This document shows, one piece after another, positions 1 to 13,645 of a DNA stretch of 64,000 nt. How positions within the stretch are numbered: position 1 is the first letter of the stretch; every line of letters starts with the position of its first letter. The DNA comes from Octopus vulgaris (lineage: Eukaryota): NCBI GenBank assembly GCA_951406725.2, contig OX597818.1, positions 116,994,001 to 117,058,000 on the forward strand, in the 5' to 3' direction. The translations under genes were made by a program, and so were the position numbers. The notes under the pieces were generated by a model, which was not told where the DNA came from, did not search any database, and worked only from the letters and a program-made list of their open reading frames with translations.

Positions 1-45
1 GCACCAGCATGGCCACAGTCTAATGATTGAAACAAGAAAAAGCTG
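1..45 (+). mobile_element. 3' tail of SINE family A (truncated by window edge)
   Basis: gcaccagcatggccacagtctaatgattgaaacaag matches the family A tail at 18827-18880 and about 27150-27210. Confidence 0.75.
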
Positions 46-603
46 AAAGGTATGACTTTCGAAATCCACGGTAATTTTCATTCACGCGAAAGAAGATATC
101 GATCCGACTCTCCTAGACTTGTTTAGTTAAATAATCTTAATTTAAAATTGATCTGCCGTATGACGCCAAATGCCTGTTTTTTAAACCTGATTTAACCTGA
201 TGCCCTCGATATAAACTAGTTCCACAACACATGTGAAGGAGACACACAGGTATTTGCTTTATTAAGGAGATCTGATGACACAGAAGTATGTCAGCTCCTT
301 ATGCTCTCATTTCTCGTAAGAAGGAAGTACTACATATTTTCACAGAATCTGTCTTCATTGAAATCATTTCCTTTTTTTCAATAAAAGTCCCGAACGAGAT
401 CATCCACGCTTCGTTCCTGTTACTCCAAGACAAAGAAAATTTCGCATAATTACTAATACTTTTCTGAATATCTTTCAATACAGACTTAGATACTGGTATT
501 TGAGTGAAGGCACCGTCGCTTATAGCATTTTATCATACAATAAAATTAATTTCTCTTATTATTCCGATAAATCCTATTTTATAAATGAGTTAATTCGCTG
601 TTT

Positions 604-649
604 TATATACACATATATATATATTTTTACATACATATATATCTATGTA

Positions 650-681
<32 letters not shown>

Positions 682-684
682 CAT

Positions 685-750
<66 letters not shown>

Positions 751-821
751 GTGCATATGTATGTATATATAAATGTATAAATATATGGTTGCAAATATAT
801 ATGTGTGTATGTGTGTGCGTA

Positions 822-900
<79 letters not shown>
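604..900. repeat. (TA)n/(CA)n compound microsatellite; similar tracts at about 2745-3085, 7655-7940, 12360-12620, 13370-13540, 21690-22170, 40610-40985, 51630-52010 and 60760-60815
   Basis: Directly visible dinucleotide runs; they explain the [12 protein letters not shown] ORFs. Confidence 0.98.
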
Positions 901-903
<3 letters not shown>

Positions 904-1232
904 CATCGACAAGTATCTTTGTTTTTGTGTTCCTCTTTTTCTTTCTTTTCTCAGCTCGTCGTCTATCTGTCAGTGAAATTGACAACTTCTTGTCAGTATT
1001 CTTTTTTTTCTTTTCCCAGTTCTCAGTTTATCAGACACAATAGATAACGCTTGAAACCAGAAGTTCCTGTTTATCGAGAGAGATAAAGATAGAGACAGAG
1101 ATAGAGAGGCAGAGAGAGGGAGAATTGGAAGAATTTTAAAATACAGATAAGTGTATTTACCATAAGAATCTAAAATATTTCGAAGCCGGGTGACTTCGAA
1201 GTTGTTTTGACATTAGTATATAGAGGAGAATG

Positions 1233-1616
1233 TGGAGGCGCAATGGCCCAGTGGTTAGGGCAGCGGTTTCGCGGTCATAGGATCGCGGTTTCGATTCCCA
1301 GACCGGGCGTTGTGAGTGTTTATTGAGCGGAAACACCTAAAGCTCCACGAGCCTCCGGCAGGGATGTTGGTGATCCCTGCTGTACTCTTTCACCACAACT
1401 TTCTCTCACTCTTACTTCCTGTTTCTGTTGTACCTGTATTTCAAAGGGCCGGCCTTGTCACTCTCTGTGTTACGCTGAATATCCCCGAGACTACGTTAAG
1501 GGTACACGTGTCTGTGGAATGCTCAGCCACTTACACGTTAATTTCACGAGCAGGCTGTTCCGTTGATCGGATCAACCGGAACCCTCGTCGTCGTAACCGA
1601 CGGAGTGCTTCCATCC
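1233..1616 (+). mobile_element. tRNA-derived SINE family C, full length with TSD
   Basis: A-box tggcccagtgg and B-box-like gtttcgattccc; flanked by atagaggagaatg (1220-1232) and atagaggaaaatg (1617-1629); second copy at 35896-36278. Confidence 0.9.
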
Positions 1617-1911
1617 ATAGAGGAAAATGATTAAAATTTCAAGTACTCGGCCAAACTTGTAGATCGAACGTGTTCATAATATTATAATGCTTTTATATAA
1701 CAAATGAACAGCAGTTTCTAAAACACCTCTATAAAATTACAATAACTCGACACAGCCGTCAAAATGGATTACATACCTATAAACATAGATAATATTGCTA
1801 AAATTGGAACTGTGTTTGAGAAATACTCGAACGCTCTGAAATGTATCTACGCTACTGTTAAGAAAAGAAAAAACAATCAATGACAACGAACGAATAAAAA
1901 TAAGTGTATTC

Positions 1912-2313
1912 CTGTAAGGAATTGTGCCAAATTTTAGCATTGAAAGCTACACCAGGCCAGAACGGGACGACACTGCATAGTGCCAAAGATCCTAGCAATG
2001 CCATTATGCTTCAGGACCAGTTACTGCAACAGCCTGGGTTTCAAGGGCCCACAGCTTTTTAATATTCTCCAAAGAGTCTGAGGAACTTGCACAAAGTAGA
2101 TGCAGGGCTTTTTTAAATCAAAGCTGGACCTCTTCCTGTCGAGAGTCCTAGATGAACCTACTTCACGGCAAAAGGTGCAAATGAGGGTAGCTATATCAAA
2201 ATCCATGCTTCACCAAGTGACAAATATTAGAAGAGGCTCTTAGTAATAACAGTGTAGCAAAACGGCGGTGCATCAGCATGGCCGCAGCTCTGAGCTGAAG
2301 CTAGAAAATAAAG
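1912..2313 (+). mobile_element. 5'-truncated CR1/L2-type LINE 3' end (frameshifted ORF2 C-terminus plus 3' UTR)
   Basis: Manual translation across frameshifts gives NSLGFKGPQLFNIL..SLRNLHKVDAGLF..SKLDLFLSRVLDEPT, resembling the CR1-group C-terminal FKxKLDxFL..PD motif. Confidence 0.7.
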
Positions 2314-2357
2314 TATGTCTGTGTTTGAATGCATGTGATTCTGTATGCACGTGTGTG

Positions 2358-2412
<55 letters not shown>

Positions 2413-2810
2413 CATTAATGTCCGTTACGAATTGTAACCTTTCTGCAAGGTTAGTAGCTGACATTTACTGCGGGCATTTTTACGGTGACAGGTTTTTATC
2501 TACGCCTACACGTATGTTACGATTCGATATCCTGTTGTCAAGTACTATTGATGTATCAGACGATGTCCGTAATATCCCGATATCCACTCCTTTGCCTCTC
2601 GAGAAATCTCATCAGTCAAACTAAACTGCACTTAGAATTTGAGTTGAAGTTATCAACATTATTCCTTATGAATATTCATTGAAAATCGCACACATTTCCG
2701 CTCTCCCACATATACATACACACGCATGTTTCTATATGCCTGTCTCTATGTATGTATGTATGTATCAATCTATATGCGCACACACACTCACGCACATACG
2801 TACATACAAA

Positions 2811-2846
<36 letters not shown>

Positions 2847-2863
2847 TATATATATTTATAAGC

Positions 2864-2895
<32 letters not shown>

Positions 2896-2904
2896 TGCAT
2901 ATAC

Positions 2905-2935
<31 letters not shown>

Positions 2936-2973
2936 TATATACATATATATACATATATATATATATACATATG

Positions 2974-3072
<99 letters not shown>

Positions 3073-5079
3073 GCACATGTATGTAGACAGGCAGACAGGT
3101 GACAGGCAGTCAGACAGACGAATATATAGATGCATAGTGAGACAGACTGGCAGAAGAAATATACCTATATGATGGATAAATGTTAATTATATTCATGTTA
3201 AGTATCTCCAAGTGTATATCTATAGGTCTGTGCATGTATCTGTGAGAATGCACGTTTGTATATTTGCATAAATGGTTGAATATTTTGTAAACAATAAACA
3301 CAGTATTTGTTAAAAAAAAAAGAACAGAACAAGAATATTTATGACTGTAGGTAACGCACATAAAAACAAAAAAACAAAAACAAAGAGAAAACATTCATAC
3401 AATAATGCTTCTCAACTGAAAGTGAAACCAACTTAAGTATGTTCTCATAAAGCATATGAGAAATCAAATTTTAACATTTCAGTAAGTATGTAGTTTGGTA
3501 CTTTTGACGTCCATCATTTACAAATTTACATATAAGTGATAGTGATATTTAATTAGCTATAAAGGTAAGTACCACAATAAAATTTTGTATTTGTATTGGG
3601 AAATTGATCGAATTTCATCTACAACTAAAACTGAAAGTGATGGACGGAACACGATGATGCATCATATTTAAAAAGAGTTTTAGTAGTGTGTGCATTAGTG
3701 TATACTCGTATATATACAACATATAAACAAGTTATAACCTACGGCAGAAATACGTCAAAATAGTTATGAAATTTTTTCTTTGTATATAATTTGTTGCTGA
3801 AATATTTTTCTCTTTCTAAGATACCTTTTTGTATAATAAACAATAAATATATAATAATTGTTGTGCTAGTCCATATTTTTGTATTTTTAAAATTTTCCAT
3901 TCCTCGAATAAATTTCCATTACACAAAACCACCAAAAACACTTGGACCCAATCAAACGCTTACACATAATACATAAAGGACGCCCAAAAAGGTCCATGGA
4001 AATGAATCCACACATGTAGCAATGCCACTCAAACAATGTTTTATTTTCTCATTGCCTATGTTTTTGATTATCATTTCGATTGTCTCTCACTCTCTCTTTC
4101 TTTCTGTTTCACTCCTGTTTTCTTAAATTATAAATATGCACTCAACTTTGAACACTTGAAGAGAAATGTTTGAAACTTAAATGTTATCTATGTGCATCAC
4201 ACCAGCTCCCAGAACTTCAGTCTCACAAATCGCAGTTGACCCCTCTGGCCTTGTCAAAGAAATCTTCACTGATTTTATTGAAATATAGCCTTTTACCACT
4301 TTTCCACCATTATGTATTATGCAGCCTCGACAGTAAACCTTTATTTTCACTGCCCACGTTATGCCCAACTCCACAGAGTACACACCTGTAAATCTTCACC
4401 TGATTTTTCACTGTGTACCACGTTAATTTCACCAGCTTACTTGAACACATCCAACGGCCTCAAATCAACACGATCACCGACCACGACAATGTTCAGCCCA
4501 TTACCCTCTAGTATTGTATCGAACAGTTACCTTCAGTATATACGAAGCTCTTCAAGTACGTCTGGGTGCATGTTGGAACGCTTGAATGTATCCCATACAA
4601 ATAGGCCCCGCCCCTCTGAATGGGCAACTGATTGTCGGATCACGAACGTTTCCAGTATCCTCAAAAATAAAAGAAATAATACGGGAACAGGCAGGATATC
4701 ATGGCTAGCGTGCAGGTCGCGAGTACATAGCTTGTGGATAAATCAAGTTCTAACATGGCCGTATTTTCATATTTGATTTCTTTTTTTTTATGTTTGCATA
4801 ATTATTTTCCTGTCTTCAATACAATCACAAGTTTCCATAACTAGGTAGCATTATTGCGTACTCACAACGCATTTACTATTACAAACTGTTGTGAGTGAAC
4901 GCCATATTGATATCAAAACATATTGTTGTTATTCTTATTGCCCCATTCAAAACTGATGAGAACGTGTCAATAAAACTTTTTTTCTATGTTCCCAAATGAC
5001 CACTTAAGGAAATATGACTGACATTAGGTTTCTTAATCAGATGTGAGTGAATCTAAATTGAAAATAATTATAATTTCAA

Positions 5080-5462
5080 CTAGCAGTATCGCCCGACGTT
5101 GCTCGGATTTGTTTCGACCCTTTAGAATTGAATTTATGAAAAGTAAAACTTTTACACTATGTAGCTTGTTATTCTCTTTAAGTAAACATTTTTCTGGTTG
5201 AAATACACCGAAAAGTGCGACGCAGCAGTAAAAAAATCGTAAAAAATAGGGATTTTCATGGGAAAAAAGCACCTTTTTGATGTAAATAAATTTTGGTGTT
5301 AACATGGTCCGATTTAAATTTTTTCTTCTACGGAGGAAAAGCAAGCCTTCTATCATATTCTCAATTTGGTCACCTTGCTCCGCAGGGTCTCAGAGGAGAC
5401 AGTGTTAGTTGAAGGCTACCAAACCTGCCATACACAGACAACTTCAGCTTTATATATAGAGA
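5080..5462 (-). mobile_element. Non-autonomous Helitron
   Basis: Minus strand starts A|TCTCTATATATAAAGC and ends with hairpin ccga-gcaacg-tcgg then CTAG|T; AT target and no TSD. Confidence 0.8.
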
Positions 5463-5803
5463 TATATTAATTCTGATTCATAAATAATAGTCAGTCAAAT
5501 TAGTGTAATAATTAAGGTACTACGAGAAATATGTCCGTTCTGCTCCACAGTAACACCAACTAGTTATAACTACTGTTGCAATGTAAACATTTTCCCGAAA
5601 CTTGAGAGGGTGTTCCATTGTGGAGCAGATCAAAATTGTATACTGCATGCTTTCTTTTGCATACACGTGCTCCTTTACGAGTAAATAACTTATTTCACTG
5701 TGATCAATAAACTTCATTTTACCCACACTCGGTGAAGGTATATAACATTGATATGAGTTTGACGTATTTGCCTTCTGTTGATTGTAATACAGAAATATAC
5801 ATG

Positions 5804-6139
5804 CAGAGAGATTTATACATTAGCAGCACGATAAAGTGATAGTATGTTGTCAACTTAATGAGACAGTCCCATGAAAGGGAAGAATGCTACTGTTATTTAG
5901 CTCTAGGAAACACTGTTTCCTGTTGGCCTTGATACATTTCCTGTGTCATTTTGTTTTCAAAGGGGAGATAAGTACCTCCACCCAGCAAAGCCATCATTCA
6001 GAGACTAGTTTCAGAGCCATTGCTCATCATCAGTCTGGAGTAGCACGGCGTGCTAGCTGTCGATGTCCCTCGCCTTTGAAAACATATATATTTCAAGTGA
6101 AATATACATACATACACACACGCATCTACGCAAACTTGT
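5804..6139 (-). mobile_element. HHR-bearing pLTR-like repeat, copy 1 (direct repeat of 7971-8306)
   Basis: 336 bp, about 6 substitutions versus copy 2; contains an HHR. Confidence 0.8.
5999..6037 (-). ncRNA. Minimal type-I hammerhead ribozyme motif
   Basis: Minus strand CAGA-CUGAUGA-uGAGC-aaug-GCUCu-GAAA-CUAG-UC-UCUG: canonical core, stem II, palindromic helix III ACUAGU, GUC triplet, stem I CAGA/UCUG. Confidence 0.8.
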
Positions 6140-6539
6140 TGCACATTTGCTTCAAAGCTGATCTATCAGAAATAAAGAGATCTGTAATTGAAATTATCCT
6201 CTTAAGCTGTCTTTGTTATATTCACCTACCAACCAAATCATAAACGCCATCACAACTCGAGTATGTACATATTTGTAGGGGAAACCTCTTTTCCGATTGA
6301 TAAGTATGCAGGTCTTCCGGTCATATCTTTGTGGATTCGACTTATGAACCCGGCTTTAAATAGTAGTCTTGAACAGCTTATTTCATATCACATTGCTTCA
6401 GATGACCCAGCTGAAAGGAATTACCAAATGCTGCAGCATAATTCTCTCGCCTTAGTACCTACCCCTTCGTTTAGAAGTCGCAAGTAGAAGGCAGAGCGTG
6501 CAGAGAGTGTGCAGGTATCCTGTTGCTTAATTTAATTTT

Positions 6540-6574
<35 letters not shown>

Positions 6575-6747
6575 CATGTGTGTGTGTGCAGACAGTGCAG
6601 TTGAAATGCACATAGGTCCAGAAAAAGATGCCGTAAATAACTGTTAAATAAAATAATGCATGTGAAAAATCTCCGTTCTTCCTATTTATATAAGCAAAAT
6701 AGGACAAAGTAGAAAACGCTAAAATAATTTTATCAGGAAGAACATTT

Positions 6748-6785
6748 TTGTACCGGTTTCAGTCTTTGCGACTTTTTCAACTTAG
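6748..6785 (-). ncRNA. HHR-like motif, U3-A8 core variant (stem I decayed)
   Basis: Minus strand UUGAAAA-AGUC-gcaaa-GACU-GAAA-CCGG-UA; palindromic helix III ACCGGU. Confidence 0.5.
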
Positions 6786-7105
6786 AGTAAACCATGAAAA
6801 ACTAAGAAATTGTGGCAAAATTAAATTAAATGTTTAAAAAAATATTTCCATTGTTTTCAAATGCAAAGGACATTTTCCTTTTTTCTGACTATCTCTGTCT
6901 CTCTTTCTTACTCATATAAACATATATACACATACACGTACACACACGCGCGCACACACACAAATGTTCCAGGGTATATCCTATAGAAAATTTCGTAAAC
7001 TGAAATTATGTTGCTTGGATCCAAATCATACTGTTATTAAATAATATATGTAAATCCACCCAAATGAGCTTAGTACTACTTTTCTTCGTTTCTCCCCTCA
7101 CCTGC

Positions 7106-7154
<49 letters not shown>

Positions 7155-7686
7155 TGTATGTTTGTGTGTGTGTGTGTGTTTGTATGAATCCATACATACA
7201 TATCTACACAATTATGTTTATACAACTATGGCTACGTGAACGAAACTTATCTTCCATTACACCTTTACTTAATTACCTGCCTGGAAATGTTTTCAATATA
7301 ATGAGCTGTCTGGAATAATGTTCAGTGATGTGCGTATATTTTCTTTTGACAACTGTTTATTCCCATGTGGGATACCAGGAGACTGCTTCTAGCTGCTCAA
7401 GTAAGCTAATAATTTCTCAATCGTAAATGCTATATTTAGGAATCAGCGTTTTCTGCTCTCTTCGTCCAACAAACTTGTGAAATTTATTCGAACCAATTTG
7501 CTCATACTGTTTTGTAATATGTTATCACATGTCATTATTAATCTACACCTGAATGCTTTAGTTAAATTTATAACAAAAATATGTTTCGTATTTCCTTTAT
7601 TTTGAATATTGAATTACAAGTGTAGCAAAGGTCTCTTAACACTTTCTTATGTAAGTATATATATACACACATACATACTTACCCCC

Positions 7687-7781
<95 letters not shown>

Positions 7782-7793
7782 TATATATGTATG

Positions 7794-7824
<31 letters not shown>

Positions 7825-7830
7825 ATATAT

Positions 7831-7888
<58 letters not shown>

Positions 7889-7970
7889 CTATCTCTCTCT
7901 CTATCTCTCTCTCTCTCTATATATATATATACATATATATAAAATAGAAATAATATAATTCTAAATCTCT

Positions 7971-8306
7971 CAGAGAGATTTATACATTAGCAGCACGATT
8001 AAGTGATAGTATGTTGTCAACTTAATGTGACAGTCCCATGAAAGGGAAGAATGCTACTGTTATTTAGATCTAGGAAATACTGTTTCCTGTTGGCCTTGAT
8101 ACATTTCCTGTGTCATTTTGTTTTCAATGGGGAGATAAGTACCTCCACCCAGCAAAGCCATCATTCAGAGACTAGTTTCAGAGCCATTGCTCATCATCAG
8201 TCTGGAGTAGCACGGCGTGCTAGCTGTCGATGTCCCTCGCCTTTGAAAACATATATATTTCAAGTGAAATATACATACATACACACACGCATCTATGCAA
8301 ACTTGT
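7971..8306 (-). mobile_element. HHR-bearing pLTR-like repeat, copy 2
   Basis: Direct repeat of 5804-6139 at offset 2167; short terminal fold-back taaatctct..agagattta at about 7962-7982; lies next to TA tracts. Confidence 0.8.
8166..8204 (-). ncRNA. Minimal type-I hammerhead ribozyme motif
   Basis: Identical to 5999-6037. Confidence 0.8.
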
Positions 8307-8835
8307 GCGTGAATAATGCATTTTTGTGTGTCGATGTATGTTATGCAACATATATAATATTTATTTCTGTATATATATATATATTGCTTAATTATTATGC
8401 AATGTAATTATATATATATATATAATGACATTGCATAATAATTAAGCAATATTTAAAAATTTGTTTTTGAGTTCGTGTATATTAATTGTAACTTTCCTTA
8501 TGAAAACCCACCAATTATCAAAACTCGCAGTATCATTAAGGAATCACAAATTATCAAGAATTGAAGACAACTATAATACCTTGAGAGAATGATCAAATTC
8601 CTATCAGAAAATAAAATATATTAAGTACGTAACTGTACAGGGAGGCGTTCATTGTGGGACGTGTGCAATCAACAGGACAAATTTCCATGTTTCAAGAATG
8701 GGAAGGAATTACAGATTAAGGCAAACAAAATCACAGCGACACACAGACACTCACAGGTAGATAAACATGAAGTAGTCCTTCTGTTGCTTACGTTAGAGGG
8801 GAACATTACAAAATAAGCCAACTAGTTTATGTATA

Positions 8836-9007
8836 CAAGGGGATGCTGAAGGGTGTCTTCCGAGTTCTTTCACTGGGTTAGAAAAAGTAAAGGACCGCTG
8901 CAATAAGTGTGTTAATCTGCGAGACGAAGATATTATTTCAAATCATAATTAACCGATCCTCCTCAATTTTCTTTAACCCAAAGCCAGGAACTTTTCAGCA
9001 CCCCTCG
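8836..9007 (+). mobile_element. Internally deleted mariner remnant
   Basis: TIR-like ends ta-caaggggatgctgaa and ttcagcacccctcg-ta; encodes FFTGLEKVKDRCNKCVNLRDEDI, a mariner C-terminus-like peptide. Confidence 0.7.
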
Positions 9008-9613
9008 TATTTAAAAAGATGCTAAAAGTTCACGTAGACATTGTAGTGCGTTTGGAATTACTTATTTCTGAAAACATTGAAACATTGAAGCCGCGTCTCT
9101 GTAGGTAAGGTGTAGCTATATATAAACCTGACATATATAGCCAGGTTTACGGCAGAAGAGCTTCCGCCATGCAAATTTCATTTCCTTTTTAATGCAGTGA
9201 CGAAAATTTTGCATGGTGTGAATGGCCGCTGTGTGAATAACTTTAGCTAGGACTTTATTTTCTCCTTAACGATAAGATACTGACGCTATTAGTTTAAAGT
9301 TTCAGGGTGGGATTTTCAATGAACGTTAAAAATAAATGCAGCGTATGCAAACAGAATTTTTTTTCAAAATTGTTTTACAACAAAATAAATAGAATCTGAC
9401 ACACAAAATATGATTCACTATTTCACTATTCAAATGTATCTTGGGATAAATAAAATTTTACAAATGATCAACAAGTATATAACAGATCGTAGAAAGAGTA
9501 TAACAAGTATATAAAATAGAGAAACATTAAGAAGTGTATAATGACTCCGCGATATTCGATATATGTCCCTTGCGGAAGTATATTCTAGAATGATGAATGG
9601 TCAATGTATTTAA

Positions 9614-9627
9614 TGTTGTTGTTGTTG

Positions 9628-9677
<50 letters not shown>
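9614..9677. repeat. (TTG)n(TTA)n microsatellite
   Basis: Direct observation. Confidence 0.95.
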
Positions 9678-10489
9678 TTCCTTCTTTCTTCAAATCTTCT
9701 TCCTTTTCTCGCCGAGTGTTTTCCGTACTCCTAGGGCAGAGAAGCTCATTTTATGCATTTCCAGATTACACACGCAAATTCACAGGTAAAATATGTATTT
9801 AGAAAATTAATAAATGAATGAATTCATGAATGGATGTTGTTTTCTCTTGTACCTTGTTAATAATAATGGTTGTGCAGAAGATCGTAATAGCGTGATAGGA
9901 ATAGGAACTGTAAGTAGAAAGGTAATAAGAGTATTATTGATTTTAGTGGTAGTAATAATTTAGGTAGTAAAGATGGAACTGGTGGTTATAATAATAATTG
10001 TAAGAATTTGTCAAGTCGCTTTTAATGCTATTTGTAACATGTAATCCAGTGACTAAACGTAATCCAACGACTAAACCGGCAGCCCTACCAAGCGCGTGCC
10101 TGGTAAGAAGGGTGAATTTTGTTGGACACCCAACAGGACGCAAAACAAACCTGTTAAAGGGTGGATGACACACAGATATTCAACAGCCACGCAACTGTAT
10201 GAATTATATATAATGCGAGTATAAATACTGGAGGTGGCGACCAGCTTATGATAAACAGATTAAATGAGGGCAGACAAGTCTCTCAAAACTCTTGGGTGAC
10301 AACGTGTCTTGTGATAATAACACGATATAATTACTGGTTGGTGGTAACCTTAAAACACATACATCAATTCTAAGAGGAATATTAATATTGAGAAGTAATC
10401 ATAATGCCGGAGCTTTCGGCGAAATTGTCATGTCTTGCAGATGTCCTGTGGAATAGCAGCGCAGGCCCGGTCGTCTTCCAGTTACTGCT

Positions 10490-10870
10490 GAAGGAGATTA
10501 AAATGGATGAAGAAGAACAACAAATTGTTGTTCGAATGTTATATTAAGAGAAAACCAAAGAAATGCAGGAAAAAATTGTTAGAGCTCTGGAAAAAATATT
10601 ATAAGTATAAAGGACAGAATGTTGTTAGAGAAAATGGAAAAAGAGAAGATAATAATAGAAGTGAGAACTGAAGTGCAAGGGACGATTGGTTCAGAAGAAA
10701 TACACATACAACAGACTTGAGAAAGCTGGGACATGGAGAGGGGTCATCAACAATATACAGAAGCCATTTGTCTACCTCCACGTCGAAAGGCACCAGAAGA
10801 AATTAGCCCAGAACTAGCTACTCTCTGCGACAGAATTCTGGAATTACTGTTACTCGAGGAAAGGAAAAAG
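10490..10870 (+). pseudogene. Degenerate N-terminal fragment of an R4/Dong-type LINE ORF
   Basis: Translates RRLKWMKKNNKLLFECYIKRKPKKCRKKLLELWKK, resembling the KW..N...ECY....P....RK....W N-terminal motif of R4/Dong proteins. Confidence 0.5.
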
Positions 10871-11480
10871 GTTACCATTATTGTAATCATGTGATAATTT
10901 TTTTAAAAATATGCCGTTTTGTTATCACTGATTACAAAAACAAATATCCACGCAATTGCTTTTGTATTAAATGTATATGAATATATAAACATATTCAGAA
11001 ACACACACACACGACTATGAATGCACCCATGTATATAAATGAATCCATTTTATGGATATAATAATGTACACATGAATATCCCGTATTTTGAACCTAGATA
11101 CATAAGAATATTAGGATCTGTTGGTATAGCGAACAAACCGATAAGAAAATGAATGTATGAGGGCTTTTCTAACATATCATTTGCAGCCAATTGAATATCC
11201 CAGACTTTCAATGTGTTTACGTATATTTTTGCCTACTTAGTGTCATATTGCACTTCCTTCGCGAAACAACTTGAATAAACAAAGTGAAATTAATAGTAAG
11301 TATTGTAGGACGTTCACCGACTAATATTAATGGTAATAATGATAATATATATAAGAGCAGTAACAACAATGATAATAAAAGTACTGATAATGTTAACGAT
11401 AAGAAAACTTACGTACAAAAAATATACACACACACACACGTATATACAAGGACACGTCTGTGCAAAGATATAAATATGTA

Positions 11481-12354
11481 CAGTGTGCGATGGGTAAATT
11501 GTCGCCATTTTATATTTTTAAATTCACGCATGCGTATTGTTTTTTCTTGATTTTGTTGACTACACAGTATAGTAGGATCAGTTGGGCACCGTCTGTGAGA
11601 AAAAAAAAACAACAGCATGACGCATTTCATTCTCCCAGAAATTTGGAAACGATATGGTGTACTGTTTGGCATTCGCGTCGGAATTTCCAATACGAACATT
11701 TCAGAGTATTTGGGTCGTCTAAGGACATGTACCGAGAGTCATAAATATCGAACATCCAGTCAACATCATGATGTTTGGAGTGATTACCTGTGACGGAGAC
11801 GTTATGCTTCCATTCATCTTCCCACACGGCCTGAGACTCAATTCGGAGGCCTTCATCAAGTGCCTGGAGGACCGAGTGCTGCCCCGGGTAAAGAGGGTGG
11901 TTGCTGGAAGACCTTATGTCTGGCAACAGGAATCTGCACCATGCGACACAAGCAGGAGAATTTGGTCATGACTGTCAGAAAATTTCTGCGTCACATCACC
12001 CATAACATCTGGCCATTGAACTTCCTAGACTTCAAACCCCTTGAATATTATGTCTGGGGCGCAGTTGAGCGAGAGACCAACAAAATTCCTTGTAACATCA
12101 AAGATGAACTGAAGGCAAGGATTATGGCAGCATTCACCAACTTAAACAAGGAGACCATCCAGAAGAGTTGCAGGAGATTCTGAAGTCGTCTGGAGGTAGT
12201 GGTTGAAGCCAATGGCGATTTTATTGAATGAATTTACTCTATAATATTTCAAGATATTTTTATGGAATTTGCCTAAATATAGATGTTAAATTGAGATGTC
12301 AGTGTCCTTTTCAATTTTGCGTAATTTAGACGACATTTTATTCACCGCACCCTG
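11481..12354 (+). mobile_element. Internally deleted Tc1/mariner (maT/DD37D-like) transposon
   Basis: TA-flanked TIRs cagtgtgcgatgggtaaattgtcg and cgacattttattcaccgcaccctg; broken transposase MMFGVITCDG..PFIFP..YVWQQESAP..WPLNFLDFKPLEYYVWG..RFxSRLEVVVEANGDFIE. Confidence 0.9.
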
Positions 12355-12444
12355 TATAGGATGTATGCATACATATATATTTTGTGTGTATACATACAAA
12401 CATACATACATAACTACATACACACACATACATACATAAATACA

Positions 12445-12519
<75 letters not shown>

Positions 12520-12902
12520 GTATATATATATATGCATACATATATTTATATATATATATATAGATATACAAGTATATATACATACACACACACGTGTGTG
12601 TGTGTGTGTGTGTGTGTGAACGAGTGTTTGAGATTACATGTATTTCTGTTTCTGTAATATAGGATCTCAGACAGAGTTTCCGACCATGCGTTTTCGATCA
12701 AGTAAATTAACAGGCATATCTAATTAGCGCGTAAGTGGCTTAACGTTTTACTGACACGTGTTGAATATGCATGTATGTATATGCACGTGCGTATGTATGT
12801 ATGTATGTATGTATGTATGTATGTATGTATGTATGTGTGTGTATGTATGTATTTATGTATGTAGGTGTGAATGTTCATACACACACAAATTACATACATA
12901 TA

Positions 12903-13148
12903 CTCTTTACTCTTTTACTCTTTTACTTGTTTCAGTCATTTGACCCTGGCCATGATGGAGCACCGCCTTTAGTTGAGCAAATCGACCCGAGGACTTATTC
13001 TTTGTAAGCTTAGTACTTATTCCATCTGTCTCTTTTGCCGAACCACTAAGTTACGGGGACGTAAACACACCAGCATCGGTTGTGAAGCAATGTTTTTTTT
13101 GGGGGGGCAAACACAGACACACAAACATGCACACACACACACAAACAT

Positions 13149-13197
<49 letters not shown>

Positions 13198-13368
13198 CAT
13201 ATATACTACAGGCTTCTTTCAGTTTCCGTCTATCAAATCCACTCACAAGGCTTTGGTTAGCCCGGGGCTATAGTAGAAGATATTTGCTAAAGGTGCCACG
13301 CAGTGGGACTGAATGCGGAACCATGTAGTTGGTAAGCAATCTACTTACCACACAGCCATTCCTACGCC
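12903..13368 (-). mobile_element. tRNA-derived SINE family A with internal (TA)n(TG)n
   Basis: Head aggcgtaggaatggctgtgtggtaag; body ccttgtgagtggattt..gacggaaactgaaagaagcc; tail ggcggtgctcc..aaatgactgaaacaag followed by (taaaagag)n. Confidence 0.9.
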
Positions 13369-13398
13369 TATATATATATGTGTATATATATATATATG

Positions 13399-13495
<97 letters not shown>

Positions 13496-13505
13496 AAATA
13501 TATAC

Positions 13506-13537
<32 letters not shown>

Positions 13538-13645
13538 CGCTTTTGGATTTGGTTTGCAACAAAACCTTATGTGCGTTCTTGTGTATATACATTGTAGTAA
13601 GAGTAAGAATAATGTTGTAAATGAGATATAATAAAATAATAAATG

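Noticed and set aside
271-297. ctgatga followed by a short hairpin (also 4953)
   Set aside because: No GAAA or closing stems, so not a hammerhead
6402-6514. AG..GT-bounded exon-like segment
   Set aside because: Stop codons in all three frames
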